A DNA stretch of 32,000 nucleotides from Jeongeupia chitinilytica (GTDB lineage Bacteria > Pseudomonadota > Gammaproteobacteria > Burkholderiales > Chitinibacteraceae): positions 286,914 through 318,913 of the forward strand of contig NZ_BMYO01000003.1 of assembly GCF_014652315.1 (NCBI RefSeq), read 5' to 3'. Shown one piece after another: positions 1 through 10,100 of the stretch. Made by a program: the position numbers and the translations under genes. Positions within the stretch are counted from its first letter, which is position 1. Each line of letters starts with the position of its first letter. The notes beneath the pieces were generated by a model. It was not told where the DNA came from and searched no databases. It saw only the letters and a program-made list of their open reading frames with translations.

Positions 1-825
1 GACGACGGTGTCGCCGGAAAGGTAGTCGAAGAGTGTCGCAGTGTGGTCAAAAAACAGCGGCAGATAGTATTCGATGCCTGCCGGCGTTACGCCGTTGCTG
101 ATGTCCTTGTAAAGTTGTGACTTACTCGGATCGCCTTCGAACACTTCTCGGAAGCGTTGGCGGAAACGGGTGCGACCGGCGTCGTCCAGCGGAAACTCGC
201 GGGCAGGCAGAAGCCGGATGTCCGGCACCGGATAAAGGCTGCGCTGGGTGTCGACGTCGAAAGTGCGGATGGTCTCGATTTCGTCATCGAACAGGTCCAG
301 CCGGAACGGCAGGGTCGACCCCATCGGGTACAGGTCGACGAGGCCGCCACGAATGGCAAACTCGCCGGGGCTGAACACCTGTGTGACATGACTGTAGCCG
401 GCAAAGACCAGATCAGCCCGCAGCTTTTCCGGATCGAACTTGCTGCCCTTGGTGATGTTGAAGGTGTAAGCCGTGAGGAACTCGACCGGCGCGAGCCGGC
501 CCATGGCGGTCTGTACCGGCACGATGATGACGTCGGCCTGCTGTTGCCGGATCTGCCAGAGGCTGGCCAGACGCTCGGAAATCAGGTCGTGGTGCGGACT
601 GAGGTGGTCGTAGGGCAGGGTTTCCCAGTCCGGCAGCTGTACGACGGTGCGTTGCGGGGCGAAGAAGCGGATTTCGTCCCGGATGCGGCTGGCATCTTGC
701 GCAGACGCTGTCAGGATGAGTAATGTTTGTGCGCCAAGCCGGTCGAGGAGCCAGGCGTCGGCCGACCCGTGCGGGGTAGCGAGAAGCAGGCGTTCGCCGG
801 CGCGAGGCAGGACTGGGGTGGTCAT
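1..825 (-). CDS. mfd: Transcription-repair coupling factor Mfd, N-terminal 275 codons (gene runs off the left edge)
   Basis: Absent from the ORF track because it is open at the window edge. My minus-strand translation from the ATG (complement of 823-825) reads MTTPVLPRAGERLLLATPHGSADAWLL...GEFAIRGGLVDLYPMGSTLPFRLDLFDDEIETIRTFDVDTQRS...NGVTPAGIEYYLPLFFDHTATLFDYLSGDTVV. This matches the UvrB-like N-terminal module of Mfd as I recall it from E. coli (GEFAVRGG..D.FP, DFFGDEID..R.FD..SQR, PAGIEYW.PLFF). Frame is consistent (825 nt = 275 codons). The plus ORF 157..723 is its antisense shadow. Confidence 0.9.
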   Translation of the reverse strand, partial: MTTPVLPRAGERLLLATPHGSADAWLLDRLGAQTLLILTASAQDASRIRDEIRFFAPQRTVVQLPDWETLPYDHLSPHHDLISERLASLWQIRQQQADVIIVPVQTAMGRLAPVEFLTAYTFNITKGSKFDPEKLRADLVFAGYSHVTQVFSPGEFAIRGGLVDLYPMGSTLPFRLDLFDDEIETIRTFDVDTQRSLYPVPDIRLLPAREFPLDDAGRTRFRQRFREVFEGDPSKSQLYKDISNGVTPAGIEYYLPLFFDHTATLFDYLSGDTVV

Positions 826-854
826 GGCATGGATGCTGTGATCGGATGGGGCCG

Positions 855-860
855 ATTATA
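855..860 (-). promoter_or_regulatory. Candidate -10 box (TATAAT on minus strand) for mfd
   Basis: The minus strand reads CCGGTATAATCGGCC, 30 nt upstream of the mfd ATG. The same CCGGTATAAT-N-GGCC string occurs at the same distance upstream of prfB (7051-7056). No convincing -35 seen. Confidence 0.3.
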
Positions 861-939
861 CCGGCGTAGCAGCATCAGGAACGCGAACCGGACAGGTCGC
901 CGATAACAAAGCGCAGGCTGGCGCAAAAGAGGAGGGGCA

Positions 940-3480
940 ATGTCGGCACGATGGCTGCGCGGGGCGCAACTGGCCTCGCTCTATGCGCTGGCGCAATACC
1001 TCTGCTGGCTGTTCTTCGCGCCCGGACAGTATGGTGCGCTGGTTGCCCCGCAGGTCGGCATTGCGGTTGCCGGCCTGTTGCTGCTCGGATCGCGCACCTG
1101 GCCCGCCATCGCCGCCGCCGCCTGGGTGCTGCCGATGCTCGGCGGGCTGTCACTCCCTGCTGCACTGATGGTCGCAACAATCCAGGTGCTGCAAGCGCTG
1201 CTGATCGTTGGTCTTCTGCCGGGACTGGCCGCTTCCGGCGATGTTCGCGTTCGTGATGCGCTGCGTCTGCTGGTCGCCGGGCCGCTGACCGGCGTTCTGC
1301 TGTCGGGTACGCTCGGTGCCGTCGTATTCGGACTGTTCGAGCCGGCGCGCAACCTGAATACCTTCGACGGCTGGGTCGAGCGCGCAATGGGCGAGGCGCT
1401 GGGCATCCTCATCGTCGTGCCTTTCGTCGCGGGCCTGCGCTCCGAAATGCGCAGCTTCAGCGCCAACCGGCTGATCGAGTTGACGCTGCTGGTGACGGTC
1501 ACCGCCGTCAGCACCATGCTGATCTACCGCCATTACGGCGACGGCATGGCCAATCTGCAGTTCCTGCTGTTCCCGCTGATCATCTGGTCATCACTGCGCC
1601 TCGGTCACGTCGGCAACGGCTGTACGATGCTGACCGCCATCATGGTCGCCTCGGCCACGCTGCAGACCCGCAGCCTTCCCGGTGGTGACGACCTGTCGAT
1701 CATCCTGCACCTGTTTACCGTCACCGTCGCCGGCCTGCTGATGGCGGCCTCGTACCGCGACGAAGCGGCCGCGGCGCGCAGTGTCCGACTGGCGGCGCAG
1801 GTATTCGACAACGCCTCGGAAGGCATCCTGATCACCGATGCACAGGCACGCATCGTCGCGGTGAATCCGGCCTTCAGCCGGATTACCGGCTTCGAGCAGG
1901 GCGAGGCCATCGGCAAGATTTCACGCATGTTCGGCGAACACCGGCGCTCGCGCGAACGCAACCGCGAAATGGTTGCCAGGCTTGCCGAGCTCGGGCACTG
2001 GGAAGGCGAGATGCTCGATCGCCGCAAGAACGGCGAAACCTATCCGGCCTGGCTGTCGATCAGCGCGGTCCGCGACGAGCTGGGCGGTGTCAGCAACTAT
2101 GTCGGCGTTTTTTCGGACTACACGCACCGGAAGGAAGCGGAAATGCGCCTGCATTTCCTTGCCAATCACGACGCGCTGACCCAGCTGCACAACCGCAGCG
2201 CGATGCACGCGGCACTCAAGCAGGCGGTCGCCCGCGACGGCGCCAAGCCGTTCGCACTGCTGTTCCTTGATCTCGACCGCTTCAAGGCGATCAATGACAG
2301 CCTCGGTCACGACGTGGGTGACGAGCTGCTCAAGGTCATCTCGCAGCGCCTGCGATCATCACTCAAGGAGTGCGACATCATCGCCCGGCTGGGCGGCGAC
2401 GAGTTCACCGTGATCCTTGACGACATTTCGGGGGCGGACGATGTCGCGGCGGTCGCCGAGCGCCTGCTGTCCAGACTCGGGCAACCGGTCCTGATCCAGG
2501 GGCAGGAGCTGTTCGTCACCTGCTCGATCGGCATCAGCCTGTACCCGAGCGATGACCTGCAGCCTTCGCAGCTCTTGAAGAATGCCGATGTGGCGATGTA
2601 CCGCGCCAAGGAGCTCGGCAAGAACACCTACCAGTTCTTTGCGCCGGAAATGAACGTTCGCGCCTTCGAGCACCTTGTGCTCGAAAACAGTCTGCGCCAC
2701 GCACTCGAGCGGGACGAGCTGTGCCTGTATTTCCAGCCGCAGGTCGACCTTGCGGCCGGCACGCTCTATGGTGTCGAGGCTTTGCTGCGCTGGTCGCATC
2801 CGCAGCTGGGCCTGGTGCCGCCGGCGAGCTTCATTCCGCTGGCCGAGGAAAACGGACTGATCGTGCCGATCGGCGAATGGGTGCTGATCGAGGCATGCAG
2901 GAACATGCGCCGCTGGCTGGACGCCGGCCACGACATTCCGCGCGTCGCGGTCAACCTGTCGCCGAGACAGTTCATGCGCGAGCAGCTGCCGCAGCAGGTC
3001 GCCACGGCGCTGGCACTGGCCAACCTCCCTGCGGCGCGGCTGGAGCTGGAAATCACCGAAAGCATGATCATGCAGAACCCGGAGCGGGCGGTGCGCATTC
3101 TTGCGCAGCTGCGCAACATGGGGGTCCGGCTGGCGATCGACGATTTCGGTACCGGATACTCGTCGCTGTCCAACCTGCGCCGCTTCCCGCTGGATACCCT
3201 CAAGATCGACCGCTCGTTCATCGAAAGCATGCCGGAGGACGAGGATAGCGGCGCCATTGCCGAAGCCATTGTCGCCATGGCGCGCAAGCTGAGGCTCAAG
3301 GTGGTTGCCGAAGGTGTCGAGACGCAGCAGCAGGCCTATTTCCTGCGCCGCACCGGCTGCCATGTCGTGCAGGGCTACCTGTATGCGCCGCCGCTTGCCG
3401 AGGCGGACCTGCTGCGTTACATCGACCAGTACGCACTTCTGAGCCCGGTCGACGGCGAAGTCCGCACACTGGCGGGGTGA
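940..3480 (+). CDS. Membrane c-di-GMP signalling protein: MASE1-like sensor, PAS, GGDEF and EAL domains
   Basis: 846-aa ORF with SD GAGGAGG just upstream of ATG 940. The N-terminal ~270 aa are polytopic and hydrophobic (MASE1-like). PAS-like segment [34 protein letters not shown]. Intact GGDEF (RLGGDEFTV). EAL hallmarks [23 protein letters not shown] and EGVET are all present. Confidence 0.9.
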   Translation: MSARWLRGAQLASLYALAQYLCWLFFAPGQYGALVAPQVGIAVAGLLLLGSRTWPAIAAAAWVLPMLGGLSLPAALMVATIQVLQALLIVGLLPGLAASGDVRVRDALRLLVAGPLTGVLLSGTLGAVVFGLFEPARNLNTFDGWVERAMGEALGILIVVPFVAGLRSEMRSFSANRLIELTLLVTVTAVSTMLIYRHYGDGMANLQFLLFPLIIWSSLRLGHVGNGCTMLTAIMVASATLQTRSLPGGDDLSIILHLFTVTVAGLLMAASYRDEAAAARSVRLAAQVFDNASEGILITDAQARIVAVNPAFSRITGFEQGEAIGKISRMFGEHRRSRERNREMVARLAELGHWEGEMLDRRKNGETYPAWLSISAVRDELGGVSNYVGVFSDYTHRKEAEMRLHFLANHDALTQLHNRSAMHAALKQAVARDGAKPFALLFLDLDRFKAINDSLGHDVGDELLKVISQRLRSSLKECDIIARLGGDEFTVILDDISGADDVAAVAERLLSRLGQPVLIQGQELFVTCSIGISLYPSDDLQPSQLLKNADVAMYRAKELGKNTYQFFAPEMNVRAFEHLVLENSLRHALERDELCLYFQPQVDLAAGTLYGVEALLRWSHPQLGLVPPASFIPLAEENGLIVPIGEWVLIEACRNMRRWLDAGHDIPRVAVNLSPRQFMREQLPQQVATALALANLPAARLELEITESMIMQNPERAVRILAQLRNMGVRLAIDDFGTGYSSLSNLRRFPLDTLKIDRSFIESMPEDEDSGAIAEAIVAMARKLRLKVVAEGVETQQQAYFLRRTGCHVVQGYLYAPPLAEADLLRYIDQYALLSPVDGEVRTLAG

Positions 3481-3562
3481 AGTCGCGCCGGGCCGGCGGC
3501 GGAGTTTGCTAGAATCGCGGTTTCCTTTCGCGATTGCCGGCCTGCCGGCGATGGTGCACGCC

Positions 3563-4306
3563 ATGCAAAACAAACTCATCCACGGCTTTCACGCCGTTTC
3601 GTCTCGCCTGAAGCGCTTCCCCGACAGCGTGCGCGAGCTTTACCTGAATGCCGCGCGCATCGACGCCCGCGCCAAGGAGCTGATCAAGCTGGCCGAAGAG
3701 CAGGGTGCCAAGGTCGTGCTGGTGGACGCAGCGCGTCTGGACGGCCTGACCGGCAAGGCACGCCACCAGGGCGTTGCAGCCCTGATCGACCCGACCAAGT
3801 CCTATGTCGCGCTCGACGACGTGCTCGACACACTCGACGAGCCGCCTTTCCTGCTGGTGCTCGACGGCATCACCGACCCGCACAACCTTGGCGCCTGCCT
3901 TCGCGTTGCCGATGCCATGGGTGTGCATGCGGTGATCGCCCCGAAGGACAAGTCGGTCGGCATCAACGCCACCGTGTCCAAGGTCGCCTGCGGCGCGGCA
4001 GAAACCGTGCCCTACGTGATGGTCACCAATCTCGCGCGCACGCTGCGCGAACTGAAGGATCGCGACGTCTGGATCGTCGGCACCGCCGCCGAAGGCGATG
4101 CCGATCTGCACCACTTCGAAGTCCGCGGCGGCATTGCCTGGGTGCTCGGCAACGAAGGCGAGGGCATGCGCCGGCTGACGCGCGAACACTGCGATCAGCT
4201 GGTGTCGATCCCGATGTACGGCTCGGTCGAGAGCCTCAACGTCTCGGTTGCAACCGGCATCGTGCTGGCCGAAACCCGTCGCCAGCTCTCGCTCGCCAAG
4301 CGCTGA
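3563..4306 (+). CDS. rlmB: 23S rRNA (guanosine-2'-O)-methyltransferase RlmB (SpoU/TrmH family)
   Basis: SpoU motifs [34 protein letters not shown] and [18 protein letters not shown], plus an N-terminal substrate-binding-like region. About 248 aa from ATG 3563 ([12 protein letters not shown]). The track start at 3506 adds an unlikely leader. Confidence 0.8.
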   Translation: MQNKLIHGFHAVSSRLKRFPDSVRELYLNAARIDARAKELIKLAEEQGAKVVLVDAARLDGLTGKARHQGVAALIDPTKSYVALDDVLDTLDEPPFLLVLDGITDPHNLGACLRVADAMGVHAVIAPKDKSVGINATVSKVACGAAETVPYVMVTNLARTLRELKDRDVWIVGTAAEGDADLHHFEVRGGIAWVLGNEGEGMRRLTREHCDQLVSIPMYGSVESLNVSVATGIVLAETRRQLSLAKR

Positions 4307-4313
4307 ACGCGAA

Positions 4314-4347
4314 CAAAAAAAGGCCGGCAATATGCCGGCCTTTTTTA
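4314..4347. terminator. Bidirectional rho-independent terminator between rlmB and lysS
   Basis: A7 run, 9-bp stem AGGCCGGCA / TGCCGGCCT with a 3-nt loop, then T6 run. It lies between two convergent genes. Confidence 0.8.
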
Positions 4348-4359
4348 CGTCCGAAGCAC

Positions 4360-5868
4360 TCAGTCTTCGCGGCGCATTTGCGGGAACAGGATGACGTCGC
4401 GGATGCTGGCCGAGTCGGTCAGCAGCATCACCAGACGGTCGATGCCGATGCCGCAACCGCCGGTCGGCGGCAGGCCGTATTCGAGTGCACGGATGTAGTC
4501 GGCGTCGAAATGCATGGCCTCGTCGTCGCCCTTGTCCTTCAGGTCGACCTGCGCCTGGAAGCGCGCAGCCTGATCTTCGGGGTCGTTCAACTCCGAGTAG
4601 CCGTTGGCGTGCTCGCGACCGACCATGAACAGCTCGAAACGCTCGGTGATGCCCGGGTTGGTGTCGTTGGCGCGGGCCAGCGGCGACACTTCGGCCGGGT
4701 AGTCGACGATGAAGGTCGGCTCCCAGAGCTTTTCCTCGGTGGTTTCGTCGAACAGGCTCAGTTGCAGACCGCCGATGCCGTCGGTCAGGACCGGCTTGGC
4801 GCCGAGGCGGGCCAGTTCGGCCTTGAGCCACGCGCGGTCATGCAATTGCTCGTCGGTGTACTGCGGGTTGTAGTGCTTGATGGCGCCGGCAATGGTGAAT
4901 CGCGCGAACGGCTTGGACAGGTCGACCGGCTTGCCCTGATATTCGATTGCGGTGTGGCCGATGACTTCGCGCGCGGCATAGCGGATGACGCCTTCGGTCA
5001 TGTCCATCATGCGCTGGTAGTCGGCGTAGGCCTCGTAGAACTCCATCATCGTGAATTCGGGGTTGTGCCGCGTGCTCATCCCTTCGTTGCGGAAGTTGCG
5101 GTTCACCTCGAATACGCGCTCCATGCCGCCGACGACCAGACGCTTCAGGTACAGCTCCGGCGCGACGCGCAGGAACAGCGGCATGTCGAGTGCGTTGTGG
5201 TGCGTCACGAACGGCTTGGCCGTAGCGCCCCCCGGGATCGGGTGCATCATCGGGGTTTCGACTTCGAGATAGGACTCGTTCACCATGTATTCGCGGATCT
5301 TCTGCACGATGCGCGAGCGCTTGATGAAGGTGTCGCGGCTGACCTCGTTGGTGATCAGGTCGACGTAACGCTGGCGATACTTCTGTTCCTGGTCGGCCAG
5401 GCCGTGGAACTTGTCCGGCAGCGGGCGCAGCGACTTGGTCAGCAGGCGCAGCTGGGTGACCTGCACCGACAGCTCGCCGGTCTTGGTCTTCATCAGCGTG
5501 CCGACTGCGCCGAGGATGTCGCCCATGTCCCAGGTCTTGAAGCTGGCGTAGACGTCTTCACCGACCGAGTCACGGCTGATGTAGAACTGGATGCGGCCGC
5601 TGACGTCCTGCACCGTGGCGAAGCTGGCCTTGCCCATGACGCGCTTGAGCATCATCCGGCCGGCAACGCTGACGGTCACGTTCCTGCCTTCGAGGTCTTC
5701 CTTTTCCAGGCTGCCGTACTTGGCGTGCAACTCGCCAGCGATATCCTCGCGCCTGAAATCGTTCGGGAAGGCGACGCCCTGTTCGCGCAGTGCGCCGAGC
5801 TTGGCCCGGCGCTCGGCCATGATCTGGTTCTCGTCCTGCTGGACGACGTTGTCTTGTTGTTCGCTCAT
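4360..5868 (-). CDS. lysS: Lysyl-tRNA synthetase (class II)
   Basis: Full-length match in style to LysS (MSEQQDN...FPNDFRR..., class II motifs, C-terminal [15 protein letters not shown]). I prefer ATG 5868 (MSEQ, as in E. coli LysS) over the track start TTG 5883 or ATG 5880. It lies downstream of prfB, as in the classical prfB-lysS operon. Confidence 0.95.
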   Translation of the reverse strand: MSEQQDNVVQQDENQIMAERRAKLGALREQGVAFPNDFRREDIAGELHAKYGSLEKEDLEGRNVTVSVAGRMMLKRVMGKASFATVQDVSGRIQFYISRDSVGEDVYASFKTWDMGDILGAVGTLMKTKTGELSVQVTQLRLLTKSLRPLPDKFHGLADQEQKYRQRYVDLITNEVSRDTFIKRSRIVQKIREYMVNESYLEVETPMMHPIPGGATAKPFVTHHNALDMPLFLRVAPELYLKRLVVGGMERVFEVNRNFRNEGMSTRHNPEFTMMEFYEAYADYQRMMDMTEGVIRYAAREVIGHTAIEYQGKPVDLSKPFARFTIAGAIKHYNPQYTDEQLHDRAWLKAELARLGAKPVLTDGIGGLQLSLFDETTEEKLWEPTFIVDYPAEVSPLARANDTNPGITERFELFMVGREHANGYSELNDPEDQAARFQAQVDLKDKGDDEAMHFDADYIRALEYGLPPTGGCGIGIDRLVMLLTDSASIRDVILFPQMRRED

Positions 5869-5917
5869 CTTGCTTTCCATCAATGCGGGGTCGGTCTCGA
5901 CCCGGTCAGATTCTGGG

Positions 5918-7024
5918 TTAGACGCCCTGCTTCAGGCTGGCCTCGATAAAGCCGTCCAGGTCGCCATCCATCACGCCCTTGAGGTTGCCCACTTCGTAGC
6001 TGGTGCGCAGGTCCTTGATGCGGCTCTGGTCGAACACGTAGGAGCGGATCTGGTGGCCCCAGCCGATATCGGCCTTGCCGGCTTCCAGCGATTGCTGGGC
6101 TTCCATGCGCTTGCGCAGCTCGAGTTCGTACAGCTTGGCGCGCAGCATGGCCCAGGCTTCGTCACGGTTGCGGTGCTGGGAGCGGTCGTTCTGGCACTGG
6201 ACGACGATGCCGGTCGGCGCGTGCGTCAGCCGGACCGCCGAGTCGGTCTTGTTGATGTGCTGGCCGCCAGCACCCGAGGCACGGTAGGTGTCGGTGCGCA
6301 CGTCGGCCGGGTTGATTTCGATCTCGAAACTGTCGTCGACCTCCGGGTAGACGAAGACCGAGCAGAACGACGTATGCCGGCGCGCGTTCGAATCGAACGG
6401 CGACACCCGTACCAGCCGGTGCACGCCGGTCTCGGTGCGCAGAAAGCCGTAGGCGTATTCGCCGGTCAGCTTGATCGTTGCACTGGTGATGCCGGCAACT
6501 TCGCCTTCGGACTCTTCCATCACCTCGACATTGAAACCCTTGCGCTCGCCGTAGCGGACATACATCCGCAGCAGCATGCCGGCCCAGTCCTGTGCCTCGG
6601 TGCCACCGGCGCCGGACTGGATGTCGATGAAGCAGTTGTTCGGGTCGGCCGGATTGCTGAACATACGGCGGAATTCGAGCCTGGCGATCTTTTCTTCCAG
6701 CACCTGCGCATCGTCGTTGATCGCGGCGCAGGTGTCGTAATCGCTTTCGCCGCGCGCCATGTCGAACAGCTCCTTGGCATCGGCGGCACCGCCGGCGACT
6801 TCGTCGAGCACGAGCACGACGTCTTCGAGCGCCTTGCGCTCGCGGCCGATTTCCTGGGCTTTTTTCTGGTCATTCCAGATGTCCGGGTCTTCGGAGAGGC
6901 GAACAACCTCCTCGAGACGGTCACGCTTGCCCGGGTAGTCAAGGTAACGCTTCAGCTCCTCGGCGCGGCTGGCCAAGTCTGCGAGGTGGTTGTCGATCTG
7001 GTTGAGCTGTTCGGCTTCCATCAC
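5918..7024 (-). CDS. prfB: Peptide chain release factor 2, encoded in a single frame with no programmed +1 frameshift
   Basis: SPF tripeptide (RVSPFDS) and GGQ motif ([16 protein letters not shown]). The N-terminus ...[18 protein letters not shown] is read continuously (CGT TAC CTT GAC TAC on the minus strand at 6935-6949). Start is GTG 7024 or ATG 7021. Confidence 0.95.
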   Translation of the reverse strand: MMEAEQLNQIDNHLADLASRAEELKRYLDYPGKRDRLEEVVRLSEDPDIWNDQKKAQEIGRERKALEDVVLVLDEVAGGAADAKELFDMARGESDYDTCAAINDDAQVLEEKIARLEFRRMFSNPADPNNCFIDIQSGAGGTEAQDWAGMLLRMYVRYGERKGFNVEVMEESEGEVAGITSATIKLTGEYAYGFLRTETGVHRLVRVSPFDSNARRHTSFCSVFVYPEVDDSFEIEINPADVRTDTYRASGAGGQHINKTDSAVRLTHAPTGIVVQCQNDRSQHRNRDEAWAMLRAKLYELELRKRMEAQQSLEAGKADIGWGHQIRSYVFDQSRIKDLRTSYEVGNLKGVMDGDLDGFIEASLKQGV

Positions 7025-7050
7025 GGTCTGTATCGGTCGGAAAACCGGCC

Positions 7051-7056
7051 ATTATA
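7051..7056 (-). promoter_or_regulatory. Candidate -10 box (TATAAT on minus strand) for prfB-lysS
   Basis: The minus strand reads CCGGTATAATGGCC, 27-30 nt upstream of the prfB start. It shares the motif seen upstream of mfd. Confidence 0.3.
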
Positions 7057-7132
7057 CCGGATTGCCCACCCGGATCGGGGCAATGCTTGCGCTCGCCGGC
7101 GGCAATTTTCTCCGGACGGGCCGACGAGCGCG

Positions 7133-7166
7133 ACACAAAAGAAAAGCGGCACCCGCAGGTGCCGCC
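7133..7166 (-). terminator. Rho-independent terminator of the NAD-GDH gene
   Basis: The minus strand reads GCGGCACC-TGCG-GGTGCCGC followed by TTTTCTTTTGTGT, starting about 20 nt after the stop at 7187. Confidence 0.7.
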
Positions 7167-7186
7167 TTCGGTCCGGGCGACGCCGG

Positions 7187-10100
7187 TCAGGCGATCAGCC
7201 GCGCCCGCAACTCGCGCTGCGCGGCCGAGATCATGGCCAGATCCGGCTGGCTGTCGCGCAGCTCGTCGAGCATGCGCAGCCATTGCGCCAGCGACTCGGC
7301 GATCTCCTCCTGCCACGTCGCCAGCTTGGCATCCGCATCGGCTTGCGGACGCCCCCAGACCCGATCGGTCAGCGTCGCATGCAGGCGCTGCAGGTCGTCA
7401 CGCGCCGCGAGACGGGCCAGGGTCTGCCAGCGGTTTTCGCGCGGCAACTTCTCGATTGCCGTCGCCAGCCAGTCGAGCGACAGCACCTGGCCGAGCGCAA
7501 GGAAGAGCTTCATCCGCTCGGCCAGCGTACCGGTGTCGGATGCGCTGCGTGCCAGCTCGATAAACGGCATCGCATGTTCGATCGCCAGCACCTGACTGGC
7601 CAGCACACCCGGCACCCCGGCATCGACCCATGCCTCACGACGTGCCTGCGCATCAGCGCTGCCGGTCAGCCACTCGGGCAGACGCGGCAGGCACAGCTCG
7701 GCGCAGGTGCGCAGATGCTCCTGTGCAGCGGTGTCGAGCGGATGCTGGAGCAGCCAGCGCGCCACGCGCTCCGTCTGGCGACGCGTCGACATCAGCAACT
7801 CGTACTGTTCGGCCACCGGCACCGCAGTCGCAGCTTCGATCTCGGCCAGCAGGCGGTCGGCACTCAGCAGTTGCTGCGCATCGATCAGCGCAGCCACTAC
7901 CGCATCGGCGGGGCGCTCGACCTCTTCGGCCAGACGGAACACGCAGGTAATGCCGTAGCGGTTGACGACGTGATTGGTCAGCAGGGTCGCCACGATCTCG
8001 CGGCGCAGCGGGTGCTCGGGAACGCGATCACCGTAGCGCTCGACCAGCGCGGTCGGGAAGTAGTCGACCAGCATCGGGTTCCAGCGCGCCTCGTCCGGCA
8101 GCGCACTGGCGAGCAGTTGCTGCTTCAGGACGATCTTGGCGTAGGCCAGCAGCACCGACAGCTCCGGCCGGGTCAATCCAAGCTTGGCCTGCTGGCGTTC
8201 GAGCAACAGCGTGTCGCCCGGCAGGTATTCGAGCCGGCGGGACAGCTTGCCCTGGCGTTCCATCGCCAGCATGAAGCGCTGATGCACCGACAACAGCGAC
8301 GGCGCCTGCATCCGCTCGAGCGAAATCGCTTGGGTTTGCAGCCGGTTGTCCTCCAGCACCAGATGGCCGACCTCGTCGGTCATTTCGGCCAGCAGCTGGT
8401 TGCGCTGCTTCAGCGTCATGTCGCCGCTGGCGACGATGCGGTTGAGGAAAATCTTGATGTTGACCTCGTGGTCCGAACAGTCGACCCCCGCCGAATTGTC
8501 GATCGCATCGGTAAAGATCCGCCCGCCCGACAGGCCGTACTCGATCCGCCCCAGCTGGGTGAAGCCGAGGTTGCCGCCTTCGCCCACCACCTTGCAGCGC
8601 AGCTCGCGACCGTCAACGCGGACAGCATCGCTGCCGCGGTCGTTCGCCTCGGCGTGCGTCTGCGTGCTGGCCTTCACGTAAGTGCCGATGCCGCCGTTGT
8701 AGAGCAGGTCGATCGGCGCCTTCAGGATGGCCTGGATCAGCAGATTGGGTTCGAGCTCGTCGTCCTCGACCTGCAACAGCGTCTTCATTTCCGCCGAGAG
8801 CGGAATCGACTTGGCGTTGCGTGGCCACAAGCCACCGCCTTGCGACACCAGTCTCGCGTCGTAATCGGCCCAGCTGGAGCGGGGCAGGGCGAAGAGGCGC
8901 TCGCGCTCCTTGTACGACAGCGCCGGATCCGGATTCGGGTCGATGAAGATGTGCCGGTGATCGAATGCGGCCACCAGCTTGACTGCGGTGGAGCGCAACA
9001 GGCCGTTGCCGAACACGTCACCCGACATGTCGCCGATACCGGCAATGGTGATCGGATCGACGGCGACGTCGATACCCATCTCGCGGAAGTGCCGCTCGAC
9101 CGACACCCAGGCGCCGCGAGCGGTAATGCCCATCTTCTTGTGGTCATAACCGACCGAACCGCCCGACGCGAATGCGTCGTCCAGCCAGAAGCCGTACTCC
9201 TGCGACAGTGCGTTGGCGACATCGGAGAATGTCGCCGTACCCTTGTCGGCGGCAACGACGAGATAGGGGTCATCCTCGTCACGTCGGGTGACCTGTGCCG
9301 GCGGCACGACCTTGCCGTCGACGAGGTTGTCGGTCAGGTCGAGCATGCCGCGGATCAGTGTCTGGTAGCACTCGACGCCCTTGGCAAGAAAGGCCTCGCG
9401 CTCGGCCGGCGGGTTCTTGACGACAAAGCCACCCTTGGAACCGACCGGGACGATCACGGTGTTCTTGACCATCTGCGCCTTCACCAGCCCGAGCACTTCG
9501 GTACGGAAGTCTTCGCGCCGGTCGGACCAGCGCAGGCCGCCGCGGGCCACCTTGCCGCCACGCAGGTGGACGCCCTCCATCTCGCTCGAATAGACGAAGA
9601 TTTCGAACAGCGGTACCGGCTGCGGCATGCCCGGAATCTGCGCCGATGCGATCTTGAACGACACATAGGGCTTGGCATCGCCTTCGGCATCCGGCTGCCA
9701 GAAGTTGGTGCGAACCGTCGCTTCGATTGCCGCGCGGAACTGCGACAGCATTTTCTCGTCGTCGAGGTTGGGCTGATCGGCAGCGAATTGCGCGATCCCG
9801 GCGCTGAGCACCTCGACCTGCGCGGCATCCGTCGTCCCCGGCTTCAGGCGGCCGTTGAACAGCGCGACCAGCTGTCCGGCCTGCTGCGGGAAACGCAGCA
9901 AGGTGTCGGCCAGGGTCTCCTGACTGAACCGCAGGCCGATCTGCTTCAGGTAGCGGCCGTACGCGCGCAGCACCAGTACGTCGCGCCAGGCGAGGCCGGC
10001 CTGAAGAATCAGCCGGTTGAAGCTGTCGTTTTCGCTGCGGCCGGCAAAAATCGCCTCAAACGCCGCGAGCACACGGCTGCGCGCTGCCGGGCTTTCGAGT

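Noticed and set aside
157-723. 188-aa plus-strand ORF at the left edge, plus smaller ORFs at 87..404 and 117..374
   Set aside because: They overlap the edge-truncated mfd gene on the minus strand, whose translation matches Mfd motifs.
2359-3579. 406-aa minus-strand ORF, and other ORFs nested in 940..3480
   Set aside because: Antisense or out of frame relative to the GGDEF-EAL protein gene, which has intact catalytic motifs.
3509-5949. Long ORFs 3509..4831 (minus, 440 aa) and 4378..5949 (plus, 523 aa)
   Set aside because: They are antisense to rlmB and lysS respectively and read through the bidirectional terminator. Their composition is typical of shadow frames.
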